Below are positions 22,275 to 28,848 of a stretch of 28,848 nucleotides of DNA, piece by piece. The stretch is from a virus (Duplodnaviria > Caudoviricetes), in IMG/VR virus record IMGVR_UViG_3300024181_000071, positions 1 through 28,848 of that record, one strand, 5' to 3'. The translations under genes were made by a program, and so were the position numbers. The notes beneath the pieces are model-generated. The model worked only from the letters and a program-made list of their open reading frames with translations, was not told the DNA's origin and ran no database searches. Within the stretch, counting starts at the first letter, position 1. The number at the start of each line of letters is the position of its first letter.

Positions 22275-25177
22275 CACGCATTCACTCCCTGAACAGGGGA
22301 CCAAACAGCCGGTGCGACATACATCGCCATTCCCTGCATGCTCATCCAGCTACCTACGGCGTTGGTTTCAAACCGTACAGCCATTCTGTAGCCCTGCTTT
22401 TGGATTTGCCTCTCGACATTCTTGAATCCCAGTGTATTTAAGAACCAGCCACGAATGGCGCTAGACCATCCCTGGTCGCCTTTTCGCAGAGTAATCTGGC
22501 AGACTCCGCTTCCGATGACATTCGCCGTAATGTAGCCGTAGTTCAGGCGTTCGCTATCCTGGAAGTAGCCCGACTGCCAGTAGCCGTCAATCGCAACGCC
22601 GTCATCTGACCGCGCCGTTTCATCGAGTAAATAAATCTTTCCGCTCGTCGCATTGCTGCCGATGTAGAACTGCAAAATCCCATTCTGCCGAAGGACAATG
22701 TTCTGCGAGTTTGAGCCAATCTTCCACGGAGACCATTTGCGGCCAGCGCCATCGTTTTCGATTGCCGATTGAAACCCTTGCGTGTAATCAAGCGTCAGAA
22801 TCGTGTTGTTTTGCGTGGCAGTCCCCAAGGGACATGCAACATAGATTCTCTTTCTGGCTGTATCCACTTTCACATCAATCAGGAATCCGTATTGCCAGTT
22901 GATTGAATCCCATGTCGGTTGAATTTCTTTAGCGAGGTTCCTGTCGTCAGTTAGGATTCCTCCAGAAAATAGCCACAGTCCGCTTTCTGAAGCGATTACC
23001 GCCCATTCGTCGCCCAGCCCTACGCCACGAGCCGAAGGCGTTCCTACCTTTGAGGAAATCTCGTCCACTTCCCATTCGTCCGGCTCCGTTTGTCCTGTAT
23101 CCTGCGTAACGAATAGGCTCCTATCCTTGACCAAATACAGATAATCCCTCAAAACGAAGCAGCAATTGACGCTTTGGCCGCTTTCTTCCGCCGGCTGCAA
23201 GATCGAAGTCAGTCCATCGTAGCTGTCAGGGTCCTCTACCTTCGAGAAGCGTACTTGTGTATTTAGAAAAGGTTGCGAGGTCGGAAAGAACTCAATCTCA
23301 TCAATCGCTACAGTAGCCAGATTGTCCGGCGTTCCATCGACATAAATTCTTAGCGTCAGGTCGGTGGGGATATTGGCCAGCGAGGAAAGAACGCTGCCAC
23401 TATAGCTAAGAAATTGAGAGGTCAGCGTCTTGCACTGAATTGAAAATGAACCGGCAAGCGTTCCACTGCTAAAAAACTCAAGATGCAGCGTTCCTTGCGT
23501 GAAAGGGCCTATCCCCACGCTTGCTAGCCTGACCCGTACGCTGTAATTCGTATTTAGCTGCAAGATTTGTGCGCCGAAGGCATCCTGAAAGGCTGGCTGT
23601 GTAATCAGCCCTCTGGTCGCTGTAACTCCATCGCCGCTGATAGCGTAGGCATTTCCGAATACCTGCCCGAATCCTGAAAATCCGCCGCCTGTAAAACTGG
23701 TGGCGTCGGGCGTCCAGCCAAGCGGGTAAGTTCCTACGGGGTTTGTGGTGAATCCGCCGTCAAAGGAGAGATTAACGAAATCATCTACTTTGTTTAGTTC
23801 TCCCCACCAGACGAGACGATTATTGTAGGAAGTAACTCCCGCTGCTGGGCCAAGGGTAATCAATTCAAAAAGATTGTCTACGTTTGTCCCGTTCAGCAAA
23901 TCCACGTCCGTGAAATCGAATACCTGGGAAGTAGTCGTGTTGTCGTTGATAATCATTATGGAAGCGAAATTAGTGGAATCCGGGATGTAGAAGAAGCTGT
24001 CGCTTGAAAAAGGAGTGAACGCCACGATTCTCGCTACTACGTTCGGAGGACCTATGGGGATATTGGTAAGCTGCACCCTTTTCCCGCCAATTGCTGTCCA
24101 TGATAGAGGCGGAGCCGGTGCGGTGATATAACCATTGCGCGTCAGGAACATCACCGTAACCTGATGCACACCGGCCTGAATGTTTCCAATTAGCGTTACG
24201 GTCGCTCCGCCAGAAAGCCCCAATCCCAATGCTGGCCCTATGAAATAGATTGCCGTATTGCCCACCATGCGGATTTGCCATGTACCGTTATACCCAGCTA
24301 CTCCCGCTCCGGCGATGGTCATGGAAAATCGTGAGGTCATCGTAAAAGTGGAAGGCCAAGGACCGGGAGCCGTCAGAGTAGCGACATAGATAGGCCAAGT
24401 AACCGTACCGCCGCCAGAATTAGCTAGCCCCAGCGTGTTGTTATAGACCTGAAACTTAGTGGCGGAAATTCTTTTCGCAACGGCAAAGGTACCGTTGTAG
24501 CCACCAACGCCAGCCCCGGCAATCGTTACGGAATCTCCGGGTTGTAAGACCAAGGGGACGGTAGCGCCACCCCCTCCGGTAATCGAAACAGTCACAACAT
24601 TTCCCGTTTGGGTAAGACCGTTAGGGGAAGCTACAATCACGCCCTGCGCAAGGAATCCTAATCCGTTAGGCGCTCCCAGGGTAGATAGTACGGAAACCTC
24701 ATCCGTAGCCGTAGGAGCAGCGCCGGGACCTACTTGGCTGACCCTGTCCGTGTTTGTTCCGTCATAGGCTCTTGGAATATCAGAACCAAATTGCCCTTGA
24801 GGAAAGGCTATGTATTCCCTGCCGAATAGAGTTACGGAGTTGCCGAAGTCTCCTGGAATCATCGTGGCATCGGTAATCGGAACCGCAACGCCGGGAGCGG
24901 TAGTCACATTCTCGTAGAAAAGGTTTCCGTCCGAATCTAGCCACAGTGTTCTTACCGTGCCATCCCGCAAAATGAAGCTCTTGAGGTAGTTGATTTTGTC
25001 GGGGTTAGCGGAAGTAAGTTCCGTGGTGAGGCCGGGGCGTGTTCTCCACAACCCCGGCAGGAACTCAATGTCAGAACAATCAGGCGACATAAAGTGAGGA
25101 AGGTTAGTCGGGTCTGTCCAAGTGGCCAGCCCGCCAAACTCCCTAACCTTCATCGCCTGATAGCCGTTAAGTGCCAC
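22274..25177 (-). CDS. Tail nozzle / tail tubular protein B-like (P22 gp10 / T7 gp12 position), 967 aa
   Basis: N-terminal FGGL..., beta-propeller-like repeats (YNNRLVWWG, VRFSKVEDPDSY, LYLVKDRSLF), C-terminal GYRMAVRFE; follows the adaptor gene. Confidence 0.75.
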   Translation of the reverse strand: MALNGYQAMKVREFGGLATWTDPTNLPHFMSPDCSDIEFLPGLWRTRPGLTTELTSANPDKINYLKSFILRDGTVRTLWLDSDGNLFYENVTTAPGVAVPITDATMIPGDFGNSVTLFGREYIAFPQGQFGSDIPRAYDGTNTDRVSQVGPGAAPTATDEVSVLSTLGAPNGLGFLAQGVIVASPNGLTQTGNVVTVSITGGGGATVPLVLQPGDSVTIAGAGVGGYNGTFAVAKRISATKFQVYNNTLGLANSGGGTVTWPIYVATLTAPGPWPSTFTMTSRFSMTIAGAGVAGYNGTWQIRMVGNTAIYFIGPALGLGLSGGATVTLIGNIQAGVHQVTVMFLTRNGYITAPAPPLSWTAIGGKRVQLTNIPIGPPNVVARIVAFTPFSSDSFFYIPDSTNFASIMIINDNTTTSQVFDFTDVDLLNGTNVDNLFELITLGPAAGVTSYNNRLVWWGELNKVDDFVNLSFDGGFTTNPVGTYPLGWTPDATSFTGGGFSGFGQVFGNAYAISGDGVTATRGLITQPAFQDAFGAQILQLNTNYSVRVRLASVGIGPFTQGTLHLEFFSSGTLAGSFSIQCKTLTSQFLSYSGSVLSSLANIPTDLTLRIYVDGTPDNLATVAIDEIEFFPTSQPFLNTQVRFSKVEDPDSYDGLTSILQPAEESGQSVNCCFVLRDYLYLVKDRSLFVTQDTGQTEPDEWEVDEISSKVGTPSARGVGLGDEWAVIASESGLWLFSGGILTDDRNLAKEIQPTWDSINWQYGFLIDVKVDTARKRIYVACPLGTATQNNTILTLDYTQGFQSAIENDGAGRKWSPWKIGSNSQNIVLRQNGILQFYIGSNATSGKIYLLDETARSDDGVAIDGYWQSGYFQDSERLNYGYITANVIGSGVCQITLRKGDQGWSSAIRGWFLNTLGFKNVERQIQKQGYRMAVRFETNAVGSWMSMQGMAMYVAPAVWSPVQGVNA

Positions 25178-25179
25178 TG

Positions 25180-25524
25180 TTACCTCAGTTCAAATTGTGC
25201 CGTGAAGCTGATCAGATCGCCGGTAGCCGCAGCAGGATAAGCGCCAGCAGCCAGTTCAGCTACCGCGCCAATAAAAGCCCTGATCTTTCCGTTGGCTTGC
25301 GTAGTTCCAGGTACCCAGGTGTAGTTGTTGAGCGCCTGTGCCGCCGTGCCAATCTGGCTCTCAAACTGAACAGCAAAGGGTACAAGCGAAGACGGGATAC
25401 CCAATCCTGCAAAGGTCAGCGTGTCGCCGCCCTGCACATAGCTGCCGGATAGTGCAATCGTTCCGTAGACCCACAGCTGTTTCCCATCGTATTTCTTTTT
25501 CGTAATTGTCGCTGCTGCCGCCAT
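25180..25524 (-). CDS. Conserved small virion protein (114 aa), possible decoration protein
   Basis: AAGGAG SD; GSYVQGGDTL motif, beta-rich; lies in the structural operon. Confidence 0.7.
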   Translation of the reverse strand: MAAAATITKKKYDGKQLWVYGTIALSGSYVQGGDTLTFAGLGIPSSLVPFAVQFESQIGTAAQALNNYTWVPGTTQANGKIRAFIGAVAELAAGAYPAAATGDLISFTAQFELR

Positions 25525-25569
25525 TTGCTGCTCCTTTTCAGGGTTGAGTTCACCCGTTTGTTTTTGGCT

Positions 25570-26529
25570 CTACAAGATTCTATTTGTTCCCCAGTAGCGG
25601 TTTGAGCCGCGCCCGGAGTTGTTCGCCCTGCGCCTGCCTACAAGATAGTTCCTTGCGTGCGCTTGCAGATTGAGCAATTCCTTCATGTCCTCGTTAAACA
25701 TGCCGAGGAAGATGCTGGCATTCTGCGAGCCTCGTGCATTCGAAGCCAGAAACGCTGTGTATGTCGCAATGGCATCCTGACAGCCACGGATTGTGAACTG
25801 GCCGTTGCCATCTGAAATATCAGGGAAAGCCACGAAGTAACGAAGCCTTATATCCATAGAATTTACGGAGCCTGGAAAGTAAAGCCCATCCTCATACCAG
25901 GCAAAGACTCCATTTCTCTGCCTCACGGAAGAATCCGAAAAACTGGGAAGTACGTTCACCTGTCCCATTGGCGCATAGGCCAGTCCTGACCCGTTGATTC
26001 TTTCTGAAACGTCACGCGGCCCAAGGAAGTCAGCAGGCAGTTGGGGATTAGTCGTATCGAGGAGTTGCGTGGCATTTGCAGGAAGCGTCAGATAGTTCTC
26101 GCTCGTCATCGTCTTGCTGCCGTTTTCCTGCAATCTGCTTTGTACTTTGCGGTAAGCCTTGTTAGCCAGAGGGATGAGCACGGTATCCGTGTAAACGTCC
26201 CCTTGCACTACCGGCGAGATGATTCCGTTACCGCTCGTGACATTTGCTCCCGTGCTGGTATAGGTAAATTGTGTAGGACTGAGAATCGCCAGTACGGTCT
26301 GCGTTCCGTTGAAGCTCAAATCGGAGACGCTTTGCACCTGGATGATGTTTCCCGCCTGCAAGTTATGCGGAGAGTTCGTCGTCATCGTGACGAGACTGCC
26401 TAAAGTGCGTACGGCCCCAGTAGGAGGAATCGTCACGGTGAACGGAATGTCCGCATCCATGAGCATTGCTCTCGTGAGAGAGAAACACTCACTACCGAAC
26501 GGAAACGCAGTTGTGCCAAGTACCGGCAA
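25570..26529 (-). CDS. Head-tail adaptor (tail tubular A-like) with inserted beta-barrel module
   Basis: LANKAYRKVQSRL helix, LPADFL, LYFP...IRLRY, DAIATYTA motifs; TTG start abuts the upstream stop. Confidence 0.7.
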   Translation of the reverse strand: MPVLGTTAFPFGSECFSLTRAMLMDADIPFTVTIPPTGAVRTLGSLVTMTTNSPHNLQAGNIIQVQSVSDLSFNGTQTVLAILSPTQFTYTSTGANVTSGNGIISPVVQGDVYTDTVLIPLANKAYRKVQSRLQENGSKTMTSENYLTLPANATQLLDTTNPQLPADFLGPRDVSERINGSGLAYAPMGQVNVLPSFSDSSVRQRNGVFAWYEDGLYFPGSVNSMDIRLRYFVAFPDISDGNGQFTIRGCQDAIATYTAFLASNARGSQNASIFLGMFNEDMKELLNLQAHARNYLVGRRRANNSGRGSNRYWGTNRIL

Positions 26530-27216
26530 TTAGATTCCCCCGATGGGTCCATCCAAATCCTGTTCAGGAACAGGTTCCTTTTTGGGGCGTCCCGGTCCAC
26601 GCTTCGGTGCAACCGGCACGCTTTCTTCTTCCGATTCCTGAACAAGGCCAAACTGTTTTGCCTTCTCGAAATCGAGTATTGCATGGCAGCCCTTGCAGAT
26701 TGCGACTCCAACGTTGATGGATTCTCCGCAAGCAGGGCACTGCGTCATTGGCGGAGGAGCGACAATCGCCCATTCCCTCTTCAGCCCCAGTTCATCAACG
26801 GCCATTTTGCAAATGTCGGGAATCTCTTCAATCTTCTTTGTCCGCATGAACTCTTTGTCACCCGCTTCAATGAGCTTTTGCAGCCACTTGATGCGTGTCT
26901 GGCGCGCGGCGGTGACTTCCGCTTCAGTGGGGATATGGTCGGGCGCACAAGTAAAGCAGCCACGCTCTGTAAGCCGTTCATTGGCGAAGTAGTCTGCAAC
27001 TACCTGCTGGTAAGGAATCGGCACGGGGATTTTCTCCGCTTCGCTTTCCGCATACGTGACGTAGATTTTCTTCACATCCATCTGGTCGTCAATCACGATG
27101 CTGGTGAATGGCTTGTCTGCGGGACAAGCGGGAATTCTCCAGCCGAGCGTGTTGTACGTCCTTCGCGGAAGCTGAATCTGTTCCTTTGAAGTATTGCAAA
27201 TCTGAATGCTTCCCAT
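26530..27216 (-). CDS. Hypothetical protein with C-terminal zinc ribbon and AT-hook-like motif
   Basis: CPACGE...ICKGC and KRGPGRPKK; AGGAGG SD. Confidence 0.8.
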   Translation of the reverse strand: MGSIQICNTSKEQIQLPRRTYNTLGWRIPACPADKPFTSIVIDDQMDVKKIYVTYAESEAEKIPVPIPYQQVVADYFANERLTERGCFTCAPDHIPTEAEVTAARQTRIKWLQKLIEAGDKEFMRTKKIEEIPDICKMAVDELGLKREWAIVAPPPMTQCPACGESINVGVAICKGCHAILDFEKAKQFGLVQESEEESVPVAPKRGPGRPKKEPVPEQDLDGPIGGI

Positions 27217-27224
27217 CTTTCCTC

Positions 27225-27866
27225 CTAGCTGAATTTAGAAATCTCAAAATCACTGGGCATGATGACATGCTCGTTCTTTGCCCATTCGGGACGTGCTTCT
27301 TCAATCTTCCTGATTTTGTCGCACAACTTATCGTCTTCTGCCTTCTCTTGTTCCGCGAACATGGCCCGCTTCGCTTCTTTCTTTATGCGTTCCGGTAAAT
27401 CCCGATTCCTGATAGCCGTATCCACGATGGCATCGCAGATAGTCGGCGTAAGCGGAACAAACTCTTTCTTCCATGTCACGCCTTTGGAATCCCTGTACTC
27501 GCGTTCAATTACTTTTACTAGCTCATATTCGCCCTCTCTGGGAAATGGACCCATTGTTTCTACGCGGATTCCATCTATGTACTCGGTAAACATAGTTTCC
27601 CAAACAAGTTCAGAGCCATAATTCTCTGGTGGACATAGAACTTCCAGCAGATACCTATCCTTACTCTCAGGATGCTTGTGTACGCGTTCTAGGCCAATGT
27701 GTGAGCCGGTAACATTCCCACTTTCATCGTGGTGATTCCACTTTCCACCAATCCAAGTGAATCTATCGCATCCACGAATAATTCTGAAATTAGGCAATCC
27801 ATTCGGAGCCAACCCGCCGCGTTCGGTTACGCGCTTAATGAGCCGATGTGGGACTGGTGGAATCAT
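27225..27866 (-). CDS. Conserved phage hypothetical protein downstream of the capsid gene
   Basis: Long ORF (GGLAPNGLPNFRII...GPFPREGEYE); start uncertain, ATG 27866 or TTG 27887. Confidence 0.75.
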   Translation of the reverse strand: MIPPVPHRLIKRVTERGGLAPNGLPNFRIIRGCDRFTWIGGKWNHHDESGNVTGSHIGLERVHKHPESKDRYLLEVLCPPENYGSELVWETMFTEYIDGIRVETMGPFPREGEYELVKVIEREYRDSKGVTWKKEFVPLTPTICDAIVDTAIRNRDLPERIKKEAKRAMFAEQEKAEDDKLCDKIRKIEEARPEWAKNEHVIMPSDFEISKFS

Positions 27867-27901
27867 GTTGATTTGATAACCCTGCAATGGGAAAATGGTT
27901 C

Positions 27902-28459
27902 ATGCCATTCAAAGACCCGGAAGTTCGTAGGCAATACGTAAGAGACCGCCGAGCTAGGCAAACTCCTGAACAAAGAGCTGCGTACAACAAACAATGCAGC
28001 GAATACGGTAAGAAAAACCGCGCCAAGCGCAGTGCTTACCAACGCGAATGGATTCGCAAGAACCGTGCCAAGAAAAGCGCTTACTCCGTAAAGGCAAATA
28101 AGCGGTGGAAAGAACGCCATCCAGAAGAGGCAAAACGCCGTGCAAAGATTCAATATGAACGGCATTTTCCTCGAATTAAATTCAATGTTCAACGGCGCAA
28201 GGCAAGGCTTCGCGGAGCAGAAGGTTCGCATACGCGCAAGGAATGGCTTGCAAAAGTCATTGAACATAGATGGCTCTGCTTCTATTGCAAGGCTGAACTG
28301 ACTATCGAGACTCTTACGAAAGACCATCTTATTCCTATCGTTAGAGGTGGCAGGGACGATGTTGGTAATCTCGCCCCCGCCTGCCTCAGTTGTAACGCTT
28401 CCAAGCAAGACAAAACTGTGGAAGAGTTTGTTAAAATACTCTCTAGTAAATTGAGCTAG
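27902..28459 (+). CDS. Free-standing HNH endonuclease, antisense to the late operon
   Basis: MPFKDPE start, basic helical repeats, RRKAR...GSHT..EW...CFYC...TKDHLIPIVRGGRDDVGNLAPACLSCNASK; alternative start 27887. Confidence 0.9.
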   Translation: MPFKDPEVRRQYVRDRRARQTPEQRAAYNKQCSEYGKKNRAKRSAYQREWIRKNRAKKSAYSVKANKRWKERHPEEAKRRAKIQYERHFPRIKFNVQRRKARLRGAEGSHTRKEWLAKVIEHRWLCFYCKAELTIETLTKDHLIPIVRGGRDDVGNLAPACLSCNASKQDKTVEEFVKILSSKLS

Positions 28460-28848
28460 AGCCAATCACCGGCAAACCCAAATTTTTGATATAGGAACTC
28501 CCTGCTGGTTGGCGATTAAAAATCTGGATTCCAGCCTTCATCCAGAACTGCTCCTGTGCAAGCAAGCCGCCTGGAACGGTGGAAGTATCAATCTTCGGCC
28601 AGACAATCTTGTCGCCAATCGTCAGGAAGCCGGTATCAGTGGCCACGATGCGCCCCCAATAGCCGAGGCAGAGAAAGTCAATGCGCGTACGGTCCTGGTG
28701 GATGGACTGCACCACAGGAACGTTCGACATCTTGAGTCCCGATTGATTGTTGAACATCAGGTCTACCGCCTGATTGCCGGTCGGGTCTTTCCAGATGTTG
28801 CTGATGAGCAGCGCAATCGACTCGTAGGAGTCGGCTTGTGCCGGATGC
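28443..28848 (-). CDS. Major capsid protein, C-terminal part (truncated by window edge)
   Basis: Frame open to the window edge (HPAQADSYE...DRTRIDFL...WGR...NRQPAGSSYIKNL); ending pattern and position upstream of adaptor/nozzle genes fit an HK97-fold capsid. Confidence 0.65.
   Translation of the reverse strand, partial: HPAQADSYESIALLISNIWKDPTGNQAVDLMFNNQSGLKMSNVPVVQSIHQDRTRIDFLCLGYWGRIVATDTGFLTIGDKIVWPKIDTSTVPGGLLAQEQFWMKAGIQIFNRQPAGSSYIKNLGLPVIGSSSIY

Larger units (their letters stand above)
1..28848. mobile_element. Tailed bacteriophage/prophage segment with podovirus-like late operon, probable Acidobacteriota host
   Basis: Dense, overlapping phage-style ORFs. Order on - strand is capsid, adaptor, nozzle, ejection proteins, tail fibres, lysis. 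Convergent block of small + strand genes. No host housekeeping genes and no att site or integrase visible, so free phage versus prophage is unresolved. Confidence 0.92.

Noticed and set aside
25541-25565. Possible + strand terminator (GGGT...ACCC followed by a T-rich run)
   Set aside because: Only a 4-bp stem and antisense to the operon; too weak to call.
7800-27700. Numerous + strand ORFs (e.g. 10310..10765, 20254..20955, 26683..27189) over the late genes
   Set aside because: Antisense shadows of well-supported - strand genes; no SD, no motifs, and composition mirrors the sense codons.
27870-28460. Group I intron housing the HNH
   Set aside because: The HNH is antisense and intergenic, flanking genes look complete, and there is no room for a ribozyme core.
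28443-28500. Programmed frameshift extending the capsid protein into the 27863..28465 frame
   Set aside because: That frame has a TGA immediately before its TTG, and no canonical slippery heptamer lies in the remaining few codons.
1-28848. Stop-codon recoding, CRISPR array, tRNA genes
   Set aside because: Genes tile the window under the standard code with all three stops used; no regularly spaced repeats or cloverleaf seen in the short intergenic gaps.

Overview
The whole window reads as a tailed-phage (or prophage) genome segment with podovirus-like gene order. The host is probably Acidobacteriota; this is inferred from a choice-of-anchor D (ASPM-SPD-2-Hydin) domain, an Acidobacteria-style 6-7TM protein and the capsid sequence style. 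From 1 to ~4.5 kb on the + strand is a chain of small, overlapping early/accessory genes (Zn-ribbons, wHTH, small membrane proteins, a MazG-like protein). It ends in a promoter-preceded cassette: lipoprotein, Acb2/Tad1-like helical hairpin (candidate anti-defence sponge), small protein, HNH-like protein. From 28.8 kb down to 4.6 kb on the - strand is a late operon: capsid C-terminus, two conserved hypotheticals, head-tail adaptor, tail nozzle/tubular protein, four ejection-type proteins, three large tail-fibre/tailspike-like proteins, and a lysis/membrane module (holin-like, DUF5675, Thivi_2564-like, Ig-like). A free-standing HNH endonuclease sits antisense just after the capsid gene. The most striking observation is that all three large receptor-binding-type proteins begin with a Sec-type signal peptide predicted to cleave before Gln and are Cys-rich, suggesting export and extracytoplasmic assembly or display. 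One small beta-barrel module recurs in five different virion proteins, sometimes nested inside itself or other domains. No rRNA, tRNA, CRISPR array, integrase or reverse transcriptase was seen. All family assignments come from motif recognition by eye, not database searches.
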